DNA of 64,000 nt, taken from the NCBI GenBank assembly GCA_965603825.1, contig CBFDEM010000011.1, positions 868,001 through 932,000 of the forward strand, read 5' to 3'. Under the pieces are notes generated by a model that was not told the DNA's origin, searched no databases, and saw only the letters and a program-made list of their open reading frames with translations. Both the position numbers and the translations under genes were made by a program. Below are positions 50,385 to 63,254 of this stretch, one piece after another; within the stretch, counting starts at the first letter, position 1, and every line of letters starts with the position of its first letter. This DNA comes from Blepharisma stoltei ATCC 30299 (taxonomy: Eukaryota; Protista; Ciliophora).

Positions 50385-53300
50385 ATGAAGTTTCTTTATG
50401 CTTTAGTGTTTTTGACTTATTCAGTATCAAGCGAGATTGAGATTCTTCGTTATCCTCCGACAGATCCTCAGCCAGGTCCAAGAAAATTCATAATTATGAA
50501 TGGTGTCTTTTCACATAACTACTTTATTTTCTTTGGTGGGTACAATAACCGTGACGACATTTACAGTGACATATGAAATTTTGACCTGAGTACCAGGAAG
50601 TGGTCTCAAGCATTTTCTTCAAACGGAAATAACCCTAGTAAGAGCTATCTAGTTGCAAGATATAATGGGGGAGGCTTCTGAAATTATCTGAGAGATGAGT
50701 ATTGCATATGAGGCGGAATGTCGATAAGAGGCCAGCTCAATGATTTATGATGCTTCCATCTAACAAATTTTTTATGGAGGGAGGTCGAAGTTTCAGGTGA
50801 TTTAATCAAGCCTCGGTACAGAATCGGGTATACAAACTGAAATGAGACCAGCACTGTCATGTTTGCAGTTTTTGGAGGTATTACGATTGAGCATGCTAGC
50901 TATGACCTTTATATGTAATTTCTATTTAGAATAAATACAACTTCGTATGAAGCTATTAAGCAGCCTTATCAAGGAGACCTCCCAGGAGCTCAAGAGGGTG
51001 CAAACATTTTTTATTCAAATGGATATATTTATATGGTAGGTGGGGTTTCCACTTATGATGCAAATCCATATGCTCCGAAATTTTTTAGATATAACATTGC
51101 TGATCAAAAATGGGAAAATAAAACAAATCCGACTAATATATATAAATTCAGAAATTACGCCCAAGCAAGGGTTAGCAATAACATCTTATATCTATTTCCA
51201 GGAGAAAATTCAGACCGGTCAGGAAATGAAGTAAGCATATGAGCTGTATCGCTTCTAGACCCGGATTTTGCATGGTATGAAGTTCAAGTAGCAAACGATG
51301 TAAATGGCATTTTATCACGAAATTCCTATGGTATTACCAGAGTAGGAACTGAACTTTACATGTTCGGAGGAGATATGAATGGAGAAGTTAGAAATGATTT
51401 TGTGAAATTTAATTTATCATCAAATCCATTGAGTTTCATGTATTTTCCTACTTTTCTTTCGCCATCTCAAAGACAATATCATTCCTTCACGTTAGTAGGC
51501 GGATATTTATACTTGTTTGGAGGGGATCGTGAAGGAACAAAATTAAATGACTTATGAAGATGGGATATTGTAGAAAAGCAATGACAAGAAGTTACTCCTG
51601 GTGGAACAATACCTGACCCTAGGTCTCATCATGCATGTTCCTCATATGGAGATGTGATGGCAGTTTTTGGAGGAGTTGGCGAGTTTGGATACTTGAATGA
51701 CGTTTTCCTGTATAATTCTTTGACAAATGTATGATATCAAATCGAGTCAGCTTCTCAAATAATTCCAAGTATCAGATCTGGAGCATGCTTGGATATAAAA
51801 GACTCTGAGATTGCAATATATGGAGGAAAAACGCGATCTGGGCTTTCAGATGAATTATGGATTTTGGATTTAGGTTCCCGGCTTTTCACCCTAGTAGACA
51901 GTGATAACTCAAATGGTCCAGGTCCTCTTTATCTGTCTTCATGCAGATTTTCATCTGATCATCCTCATATATTTTACGTAACCAACGGAATAACTACAAC
52001 TGAAGCTCCATCAAATGGATTTTACAGTTTTAACCTCACCAAATCTAAATGAACAAAAATATATCAAGGCCCTACTAATTCATTATATGATAGAGCTGAT
52101 ATCAAGGCTTTTAAAATTAGAAATAGGTATCTCTACATTGGTGGAGATATTTACAATACTCCAAGTTATTCTCTAACTTATTTTAATACAAGTTCAAAAG
52201 AATTCGTAAATTTCGCAGAACTTCCTGAATATATCTACGCGGCTGGTCAAACTTATTTTGGGAGTTCATACTATACTCACGGAGGAGGGAAAACAATAGG
52301 AAATAATTTGAGGCGAACTATTCCTACTGGAGTTTCATTACAAATAAATCTACTTTCAACTTGCGAGGATTCTTCCAATTGTGGGTGGAAATGCAGCCCT
52401 GGCTCGTATTTATCAGAAAACTCATGTGTTTCTTGTCCAGCTGGGACCTATCAGCCTTATTTTGAAACTACAGAATGTAATAAATGCCCACCTGGAACTT
52501 ATTATTCAGGTACAGCTGCTGTAACAATAATTCAATGCTACCCGTGCAGTGAAGGAACCTATAATTCAGACTTTGGAATGGGATATTGCATAAACTGTCC
52601 GGCGAACACTTATTGACCTGCAGGAAGTACGGGCTATGCTTATATAGTTCCTACGTTTTCTGACTCCTCAATTCAGCCAAATTTATTTAAAGAAGGGGAT
52701 TCAACAGCAAACAATCATTCTTCATATGTATCCATAGCAATAGGAATTTTTGGAATTCTTATTATTATTATCCTCATAATTATCGCTCGAAATAAAGATA
52801 TTTTAGTAAAAATTGATCTCTATTCTGCAAAGCACAATTATTTATTGAACGTGCCAATGGTCCTAACAAAAACAAAAGTGGGAGGATTCTTCTCAATTAT
52901 TTTTATGATTTTAGCAATAATTGTAATTGCTTCCACTTTGATTAATTTCGTTGAAAATAACACTACCGAAACAAAAACATTGGTGCCGCTAGTAGTCATG
53001 GACGAAAAAGTCTCGGTTTACAAAACAGATCTAAACGTCACATTAACAATCATAAATTATGGAGGGCCTTGCACTGACGAAGAGAAGTGTGCCGACACGA
53101 TAGGCTTTACATATGAATATTTTTCAGGAATATGGGACGATCCAAAATGCAAAAGCAACGGTAGAGACTGCGAAGTCTTTCTTTCATGCATTGACTGTGT
53201 TATAGACCCAGGTGCTTATTTACTTTATGAGTTCACAAATAGGTCAAGTTTTGCCTCAGGCTTTACTACTAATGTGACTTCAAACAGCTCAGTTCCCGAC

Positions 53301-53921
53301 TCTGCCAGCAGCTATAAAACAAGTCTGCTCCCTACAAGTCAAAAAGTATTCAGAGGTGAGCAATATTCTTCGATGTTCTTTGATCTAACTCCTTCAGTAA
53401 TTTTTATTTAGTATTACCAAAATATGGATTCAGGGCTCGATCTCACTGGATACCACATTTCGAAATCTAAAGACTCTGAAAAAGGCACTGAATATTTAAC
53501 CAGCGAGTAAGATTAATTTAGGCTTGCGATGTCTTATAACTTATATTTGAAAATTTTATTTAACAGAAATTCCAATTGCTTGATTACTACAAGAAGTAGT
53601 AAGCAAACCGTTTTGATTTTAATAAGTGGACTTCTTGGATCTATTTTTGGGGTTATGGGGGCAATTGGAGGAGCAATGTCTTTTACAGAAGGGCAATTAA
53701 ATAAGATGAAGGAGCGTAAAGATGGAATTAGATTTAGAGGAAATATTGCTTATGGGTCTGATATGATAAAGAGTAGTATCAACGCAAGCACTCCTTTAAG
53801 AAAGACATTAGAAGATGACCCTGCTTACAATAAAGGCATTAATGATGATGATTTATGTGAATTGGATTTATGTAATTTCAAAAGGCAATCACTTACTGAT
53901 GGAAAAGTTTTACATCAATAG
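50385..53921 (+). CDS. Surface protein copy B (kelch, Cys-rich, 3 TM)
   Basis: Colinear with copy A. Introns at 50638-50652, 50915-50929, 53397-53411 and 53507-53521. TGA 52614 sits at a Cys position. Confidence 0.88.
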
Positions 53922-54057
53922 CAGCATAAATTCTTTTCATATTAAAAATAAGAAATAGCCATAAAAATAAAATTATTTTGATAAATACAGAATCCAAAAA
54001 CAAAACTTATTAAAGGTAAAAAAGGGAGAATATAATCTGAATCTTTATTTTAAGGCT

Positions 54058-54168
54058 ATGGAAAAGCTCCATGCAGGCCAATAATCTCTTTCATATGGCT
54101 CTATAAGCAGTTTGCCATTCCAGATACAAGCTTCTCAGTATTAAGCCTCCCAAACGAGAGCTTTCACT
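54058..54168 (-). repeat. ~115-bp relic repeat, copy 2
   Basis: Same core as 49755-49870. The minus frame reads KALVWEA*YWEACIWNGKLLIEPYERDYWPAWSF. Confidence 0.75.
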
Positions 54169-54839
54169 TAGCAGCAATTGGTCATAAAATTTTTTACAAA
54201 GGATTTTAAATTAGTTTCTCTGAGCCTACTTCGGCTGGCTTGTTGCTAAATTTATTTAAATTTTATATACAGGCTAAGAAGTTTTTAATACATAGATTTT
54301 AACTCATGAAATTTATTTAATTAAAAATTCTTGAGTTTCTCTTGCTTATATTTATTAAGTTTTAGACTTTTCTATCAATATATCTTTGCTTCAATTTTAG
54401 TTATCCGTTACTCTGGAAGGTCTCATTTTGGCATTATGCCAATTAAAAATCAATAAAAGCCTTTACATCTGTCCCTTCACCATTAAGGCAAAAAGCTTAT
54501 AAACTTTTAATAGTTATAAATCTGTTAACAATAATTTTAAATAATGTTATAAAACAGCTTTGACCAGCTTAAGTTTAATATAAGTGATAATATGAATTAT
54601 ATTTAAATTAGAAGATCCACTTTAATTTAAGTCTTTTATTGCTGCTAGAAGCTCTTCTCCAGCTTATCCGCAAAGGCTAATTTATAATTTTAATGGTGAA
54701 GTTAAAGTCTGCCACAAAATGGTCTTTTTCATTTATAATTTAGATATTTGACTTCCAACTAGTTGTAGTATAATAAAATATAAATAGTTTAAAAGAATCT
54801 GATTATTTTTCCTCATATACAAGAATTTTTATCCAATAA

Positions 54840-57800
54840 ATGAAGTTTCTTTATGCTTTGATTTTTATGACCTATTCAGTTTTAAGCGATATTGAGATCC
54901 TTCGCTATCCTTCAACAGATCCTCAGCCAGGCCCAAGAAAATTCATTATTATGAACGGTATCTTTTCACACAACTACTTTATTTTCTTTGGCGGATACAA
55001 TAGTCGTGAAGAACTTTATAGTGACATATGAAATTTTGACCTGAGTACCAAGAGGTGGTCTCAAGCATTTTCTTCAGACGGAAGCAACCCTAGTAAGAGC
55101 TATTTAGTGGCAAGATATAATGGGGGAGGCTTCTGAAATTATCTGACAGATGAGTATTGCATATGAGGCGGAATGTCGATAAGAGGCCAGCTCAACGATT
55201 TATGATGCTTCCATCTAACAAATTTTTTATGGAGGAAGGTCGAAGTTTCAGGTAATTTAATCAAGCCTCGGTACAGAATCGGCTATACAAGCTGAAATGA
55301 AACCAGCACTGTCATGTTTGCAGTTTTTGGAGGTATTACGATTGAGCATGCTAGCTATGACCTTTATATGTAATTTCTATTCAGAATAAATACTACTTCT
55401 TATGTAGCTACTAAACAATCTTATCAAGGAGACCTCCCAGGAGCTCAAGAGGGTGCAAACATTTTTTATTCAAAAGGATATATTTATATGGTAGGTGGGG
55501 TTTCTACCTATGATGCAAATCCATATGCTCCGAAATTTTTTAGATATAACATTGCTGATCAAAAATGGGAAAATAAAACAAATCCGACTAATATATATAA
55601 ATTCAGAAATTACGCCCAAGCAAGAGTTAGCAATAACATCTTATATCTATTTCCAGGAGAAAATTCAGACCGATCGGGAAATGAAGTAAGTATATGAGCT
55701 GTATCGCTTTTAGACCCGGATTTTGCATGGTATGAAGTTCAAGTAGCAAACGATGCAAATAGCATTTTATCAAGAAATTCCTATGGTGTTACCAGAGTAG
55801 GAACCGATCTTTACATGTTCGGAGGAGATATGAATGGAGATGTAAGGAATGATTTTGTGAAATTTGATTTAACATCAAATCCATTGAATTTTGTATATTT
55901 TCCTTCTTTTCTTTCGCCATCTCAAAGACAATATCATTCCTTCACATTAGTAGGCGGATATTTATACTTGTTTGGAGGGGATCATGAAGGGACAAAATTA
56001 AATGACTTATGAAGATGGGATATAGCGAACGAGCAATGGGAAGAAATTACTCCTGGTGGAACAATACCTGACCCTAGGTCTCATCATGCATGTTCCTCAT
56101 ATGGAGATGTGATGGCAGTTTTTGGTGGGGTTGGCGAGTTTGGGTACTTGAATGACGTTTTCCTGTATAATTCTTTGACAAATGTATGATATCAAATCGA
56201 GTCAGCTTCTCAAATAATTCCAAGTATCAGATCTGGAGCATGCTTGGATATAAAAGACTCTGAGATTGCAATATATGGAGGAAAAACGCGATCTGGGCTT
56301 TCAGATGAATTATGGATTTTGGATTTAGGTTCCCGGCTTTTCACCCTAGCAGATACTAATGACTCAAGTGGTCCAGGTCCTCTTTATCTGTCTTCATGCA
56401 GATTTTCCACTGATCATCCTCATATATTTTACGTAATGAACGGAATAACTACAACTGAAGTTCCATCAAATGGCTTTTACAGTTTTAATTTTACCAAATC
56501 TAAATGATCAAAAACATACCACAGCTCTACAAATTTATTATATGATAGAGCAGATATCAAGACCTTTAAAGTTAGAAGCAGGTATATCTACATTGGTGGA
56601 GATATTTATAATACTCCAAGTTACTCTCTTACTTATTTTAATACAAGTTCAAAAGAATTCGTAAATTTCGCAGAACTTCCTGAATATATCTACGCGGCTG
56701 GTCAAACTTATTTTGGGAATTCATACTATACTCACGGAGGAGGGAAAACAATAGGAAATAATTTGAGGCGAACTATTCCTACTGGAGTTACATTAAAAAT
56801 AAATCTACTTTCAACTTGCGAGGATTCTTCCAATTGTGGGTGGAAATGCAGTCCTGGTTCGTATTTATCAAACAACTCATGTGTTTCTTGTCCAGTCGGG
56901 ACCTATCAACCTTATTTTGAAACTACAGAATGTAATAAGTGCCCACCTGGAACTTATTATTCAGGTACAGCTGCTGTAACAATAATTCAATGCTACCCGT
57001 GCAGTGAAGGAACCTATAATTCAGACTATGGAATGGGATATTGCGTAAATTGTCCGGCGAACACTTATTGCCCTGCAGGAGGTACGAGCTATGAATATAT
57101 TTTCCCTACGTTTTCTGACTCCTCAATTCAGCCAAATTTATTTAAAGAAGGGGATTCGAAAGCAAAAGATCATTCTTCATATGCATCCATAGCATTAGGA
57201 ATTTTTGGAGCCATTATTATAATTGTCCTCATAATTGTCGCACGAAATAAAGAAATATTAGTAAAAATTGATCTCTATTCTGCAAAGCACAATTACTTAT
57301 TAGACGTGCCAATGGTCCTAACAAAAACAAAAATTGGAGGATTATTCTCAATTATTTTTATGATTTTAGCAATAATTGTTATTGCTTCCACTTTGATTAA
57401 TTTCGCTGAAAACAACACTACCGAAACAAAAACATTGGTGCCGCTAGTAGTTATGGACGAAAAAGTTTCGGTTTACAAAACAGATCTGAACGTCACATTA
57501 ACAATCATAAATTATGGAGGGCCTTGCACTGAGGAAAACAAATGTGCCGACACGATAGGCTTTACATATGAATATTTTTCAGGAGCATGGGACGATCCAA
57601 AATGTAAACTCAACGGTAGAGACTGCGAAGTCTTTCTTTCATGCATTGACTGTGTTATAGACCCAGGTGCTTATTTACTTTATGAATTTACAAATAGGTC
57701 AAGTTTTGCCTCAGGCTTTACTACTAATGTGACTTCAAACAGCTCAGTTCCTGGCTCTGTCAGCAGCTTTCAAACAAGTTTGCTCCCTATAAATCAAAAA

Positions 57801-58373
57801 GTATTCAGAGGTGAGCAATATTCTTCGATGTTCTTTGATCTAACTCCTTCAGTAATTTTTATTTAGTATTACCAAGATATTGATTCAGGGCTCGGTCTCA
57901 CCGGATACCATATTTCGAAATCTACAGACTCTGAAAAAGGCTCTGAATATTTAACCAGCGAGTAAGATTAATTTAGGCTTGCGATGTCATATAATTTATA
58001 TTTGAAAATTTTATTTAACAGAAATTCCAATTGCTTGATTACTACAAGAAGTAGCAAGCAAACCGTTTTACTTTTAATAAGCGGGCTTCTTGGATCTATT
58101 TTTGGGGTTATGGGGGCAATTGGAGGAGCAATGGCTTTTACAGAAAGCCAATTAATTAAGATGAAGGCACGTATAGATAGAAGAAGATTTAGAGAAAAAA
58201 TACCTCGTGGTTCTGATATAATAAAGAGAAGTTTCAACGCAAGCTCTCCTTTAACTAATACACCAGAAGATGACCCTGGTTCCAATAAAGACATTAATGA
58301 TGAATTAGATGATCTGGATTTACGCAATCTCAGGAAGCAATCGCTTGCTTATGGAAAAGGTTTCCAAATATAG
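54840..58373 (+). CDS. Surface protein copy C (kelch, Cys-rich, 3 TM)
   Basis: Colinear with A and B. Introns at 55093-55107, 55370-55384, 57852-57866 and 57962-57976; stop TAG 58371-58373. Confidence 0.9.
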
Positions 58374-58419
58374 CAGCATAAATTCTTTTAATATTATAAA
58401 CGATAAGTTAATTAGTGAT

Positions 58420-59230
58420 GCGCTAGGTATTTATAGCTACCAGTTTCGATGGCACCGTTTCACAATGATAATGCACATGCTAGCTTGAGGGAGGAATAAC
58501 ATCGAGTTAGTTTCCAGTTAGTGATGAGAAAAATCCAGGTCTCAGTAGACGATATTTTTATCAACCCACTTCATGAGGATTATGGAAGAAAATAATGAGA
58601 AAACTCCTCAAATCAGGCCACTAATCGTGGAAATAGTACTGGTTCTCTCCAATTTAGAGGCTAAGTAGACATTTGGCAACTTCTTGCACCATGAAAACAG
58701 CTTCTGTATATACAAAATACATCCTCAGCAAGGGGGACAGGTTGTTGGGCATTTTATGTAGAAAAACTCCATGCAGACCAATACTATCTTCCATATTACT
58801 CCATCAATTTTTTGCTAGTCGGATATAAACTTCACAGTGTTGCTCCTCAAGAAAGAGGGCTTGCATTCGCTTTTAGCGAGAAACGCTGATCACCATGCCA
58901 TATGTCAACGAGGTTGTCATACAGAAAAATTAGAAAAATGAATATTGTTGTCGGGGGGTTGACCGAAATGGAACACGAGATCATCGGCACAAGACCTAGT
59001 ATTGTGTAAGGAATTGCCTGATTAGCCAAGCGATCACTTATGGTTTTGCTGGGTGTTCATTTTCCAAATATAAAGCATTATCTTCCACAGGGTAAATACC
59101 TAATATTTAAGCACGTGGTCTGCTAGTCCGAAATGATGCTTCACCGAACCAGGAAAGCTCAAATAGATGCAAGCTCCAAACTCTGACTTCCTTCTACAAG
59201 GTCCTCAGTTTACCTGCTACAAGTGTTAAA
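58420..59230 (-). pseudogene. Relatively GC-rich decayed coding or mobile-element relic containing a third, diverged copy of the repeat (58757-58866)
   Basis: Coding-like base composition, but TAA/TAG interrupt every frame I read. YWSAWSF matches YWPAWSF of the other two copies. Confidence 0.5.
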
Positions 59231-59490
59231 CTCTATTTTAATATATATTATAAAAAAGTATTCATTTAATAAATTTTTATTAATTCCTCTTTTTAGAATT
59301 CTTATATATCGATGAAAAAATACTATATATTTTGGCAATAAATCTACCCAACCTGAATTTTACAAAAAGTTGTTTATTTATTCTAAATATTCTGTGGATG
59401 CGATCATTTTATATTATTAAGACAATATTATGAATTAATTTCATATTAAATTATCTGCCAGTAAAGCATTTCATTAATTTAATTCACCAC

Positions 59491-62085
59491 ATGGGAGCGG
59501 GGTGTAGTAGTGTTGAATATAGAAAATATAGTTCTTTATTAGTCAAAAAGCACCAAAGAACTTCAGTTGGTGACAAAATCAATGAAGCAGCAGCTGCAAA
59601 AATTGAGGACAAACCTAAAACACAAGATGATTTTAAGATGATCATGAATGCCTTGGCAAATCATTTCATACTAAAAAGCCTCGATGAAGACTCGAGACTT
59701 GAAATTGCTCGTGAAATGAAACACTATACAATTGGCCCTAGAGAGTGCATATTTGAAGAAGGCAAGCCTGGCTCATCCTTTTACATCTTGGCAAGCGGGA
59801 GACTTGAAGTAGTTATCAACGGGGTGAAGAAAAACGTGATTTTCCCAGGATTTGGGTTTGGGGAGCTAGCTTTATTAGATGATAGACCTAGAACTGCTTC
59901 AATAATTACAATAGAAAGATGCACTCTTTGAGGAGTTGATCGTGAGACCTTTAAAGAAGCAGTTCGAAGAGTAAATATCCAAGGCCACGAAGAAAATAAA
60001 GCATTTATAGACAACATCTCACTTTTTAAATCCCTCACTCAATCCCAAAAAAGCCGCATTTTAGCTTCACTTAATACCCAAAGGTGAGGAAACGGGCAGA
60101 AAATCATAAAAGAAGGAGATGTTGGCACTTTATTTTATATCATAAAAGACGGGATAGTTGTATGTTCAAAAAATGATATGGACGTAAGGCATTTAGGAAG
60201 AGGAGAATATTTTGGTGAGCTGTCAGAACTTTATGACCAGTCTCGATCCGCAACTGTAACAGCAATTGGCGATGTAAAAGTTGTTTCCATAAGCTGCCAA
60301 AATTTATTCGAAATTCTAGAAGATAGCTTGCAGCAAATTATTTATAAAAATTCACAAAGAATTGCAATTGAAAATAGTTATGCTTTATCAGCGTTAAAAA
60401 CAGGCCAAATTGATAAATTGCTTGATTATATGGAAACTACCAAATATTATCCTGGAGAAGTTATTATACCTAAAGGAACAATGAAAGGACTAAAGCTTTG
60501 AATAGTGTTGAAAGGATTAGCAGCAACTGCCTCAGGCTGGAAATATGGAAATTTAACGTGTATTGGAGATAAAGAGTTACTGATGACTCCTGGATCGGAA
60601 TTCAGTGATGATATTGTAGCTGAAATAGAGACCGATATCTCGGAAATATCAAAAGAAACAATAGAAAACTGTATAGGTGGAAATCTTAGAGAAATTACTA
60701 CAACAAATGATCTACAAGAAATTTTGCAAAATGTTTATTTGTTTGCAGGGTTAGATTTTTCAAAGCATAAAGAATTGAAAAATTCTTTGAATACAGTGTT
60801 CTTCAATGATAAAGATTTAATTGCTGTAGAAGGTCATCCTGGTGAATATTTATACATAATAAAATCTGGGAAAGCGATTTGCAGAAAGGAAAATAAAATT
60901 GTAAGAACTATTACTAAGCATGATTATTTCGGAGAGAGAGCTCTAATATTTGACAGTCCAAGAAGTGCTTCCATAGAAGCTGATGGACCATTGATATGCT
61001 GGACTATCATAAAAAGCGACTTTTTGAGCTTAATTAATGACGAAATCAGATCAAGAATATATCACAGAATCGAGATGCAAGATATTTCAATTTCTCTATC
61101 AGACTTAACATATATAAAACCGCTAGGCAAATCCATGTTCGGAAATGTCTTTCTCATGGCTCATCAAAACAAATCTAGACTATACACTGTAAAAGCAATA
61201 CTCAAAGAAAAAATTGAAAATTTAGGAATTCAAGTAAATTTGAAAGCAGAGAGAGAAATCGGACTACAAGTTAATCACTGAATGATGATGAATATTTTAA
61301 AAACCTTCAAAGACGATAAAAGAGTATATATTATGACAGAATTTATAAAAGGAAAAGATCTTTTTATGGTTTTAAGAGAAATTCAGATTGTTAACGAACT
61401 TCATGCAAGATATTTGTCAGCCTCAATTGTGTTGATGCTGGAATATCTTCATGAGAGAGAAATTGTATATAGAGATTTGAAGCCAGAAAATATCATTATT
61501 GATGAAGAAGGCTATCCTATTTTGATTGATTTTGGGACTGCTAAGATCGTTAAAGGCCGCACTTATACAAGATTAGGGTCTCCTCATTACATGGCTCCTG
61601 AGATTATTTTAGGAGCAGGATATAGCTTCAATGCCGATTGGTGAAGTTTAGGAATTATTTTATATGAACTTTTATACGGAAAAGTTCCTTTTGGAGAAGA
61701 TGAAACTGATACGCATGCTATATGTGAAAAAATCATTGAACATAGAATTTCATACTCGCACTCAGCACTGAAAACTCATTCAGCAAAGCCTATAATTCAG
61801 CAGTTGCTTAATAATAACCCTGCAGCAAGAACTGGTGGAGGAATTAAAGCACTTAAGTCCCACAGGTGATTCGAAAATTTAAATTGGGATCGATTAAGAA
61901 TAAAAGCTTTAAAAATGCCTTATATTCCAAAATTTAGAGATTGAGATAATGAGATTGAAGAAGCATTGATGGACCCAAAAATTATGTATGAATGCTTCGA
62001 ATTAGAAGAATCAAATGATCCTTATAAATTAAAACTCTATGATAGGGAGCCTAGTCTTCATATTGGATGGGATAATGATTTTTAA
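59491..62085 (+). CDS. PKG: cGMP-dependent protein kinase (alveolate-type, multiple cNMP-binding domains)
   Basis: MGAGCS N-terminus; FGELAL..PRTAS, FGEL..SRSAT and FGERAL..PRSAS; kinase YRDLKPEN, DFG, YMAPE and ADW-W(TGA)-SLG. Ends WDNDF-TAA. Confidence 0.92.
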
Positions 62086-62386
62086 TATATTCATATATTT
62101 TTATATTTTTACTCATAAAGAAGCTTTGTTATAAAAATTATACAAGTCATACATTAAAATCTTTGCATAGAAATAAAATCTAGGGAATATATTTTTAGCT
62201 GTCTGAAAATTTATTTTTTCCTTTTAATTATTTTTTTAATAATTTGAAGGGCTTAATAATTTTGTGAAATCTTTTTAATTTCAACTCAATTTTATGTATT
62301 AGACACTTACAAATATTTAATATCAACTACGATGCTGCAGCAAGGCTAGAGAATAAATCACAAGCCAATTGTTAATGTCCCAATAA

Positions 62387-62749
62387 ATGGTAGGAGGACT
62401 AGTTCCAAAATTCCAGACTTATGTCTTGAACAGCTTTAGTTGGCCACCCATGATGAGAAAGCTTTTAATCCATCCCGCAGGGCCTTTTACAATACACTTT
62501 TGGTGCCCATGGGCCAAATGGGCAATAGTTGTTGCGAATATTGCTGATTTGAAAGTTCCGGCTGAGAACATCTCAACAGTTCAACAAGGTGTAATCATGC
62601 TTACAGGTCTAGTATGAACAAGGTATTCTACCCAAGTTAAACCATTCAATGTAAACTTGATGTTGGTCAATTTTTTCATGGCTTGCTCAGCAATTTACCA
62701 GATCAGCAGAAAACTCAGGTTGAATAACTCGAAGCCAAGCTCGGCTTAG
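62387..62749 (+). CDS. MPC2: Mitochondrial pyruvate carrier 2
   Basis: HPAGPFTIHFWCP..KW.IV.ANIAD and TGLV-W(TGA)-TRYS...NLMLVNFF motifs. Stop TAG 62747-62749. Confidence 0.9.
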
Positions 62750-63254
62750 TCAATTTAATTGATTTAAATTATGAAATTAAGCTATTTGATTAAGGATGAC
62801 TCGCATCTCTTTATTTATTAGATGGTTAATTACTCAAAGATTTAGGCATTGTATTAAATTTTTTAATGCATCTTTAGAAATTGCACCATAATAAATAAAT
62901 TATTAGCATTGCCTGTTTTCTTCATGCTGAGAGATAATAAATGCATTTAGTAATGGAATTGGAGAAAACGTTAAATATAAATCTATATCTTAAAATATTT
63001 AGTATATTATTGCTTTATTTCAGCTAAAATTGAGATTCAATATAATTAAATATAAAATTCTGCTAATATAAAATATAAGTTTTATAATCTCTAAGTCATT
63101 AAGACAAGAAAATATTTAATATCAAAAATTTATTTGTGAAGAAAAGATTCAAAATTTAAAGCTATCTAGTTAATGATCAAATTAATATAATACCTAAGAT
63201 AAAGTAATTTTTAGAGCCACATTTCACTCAGATGAGGTAATAATATATCGATAA

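Larger units (their letters stand above)
45593..58400 (+). repeat. Tandem triplication, period 4297 then 4455 bp
   Basis: ATGs at 46088, 50385 and 54840 with identical intron offsets, plus shared upstream and downstream non-coding sequence. Confidence 0.95.

Noticed and set aside
1-60038. Antisense and alternate-frame ORFs in the track (e.g. 1-273, 11632-11820, 19305-19757, 35347-35724, 39045-39308, 57968-58327, 59781-60038)
   Set aside because: They are shadows of well-supported genes and have no motifs of their own.
62590-62606. Intron-like gtaatcatgcttacag in MPC2
   Set aside because: It encodes residues colinear with the paralogue, and removal would shift the frame.
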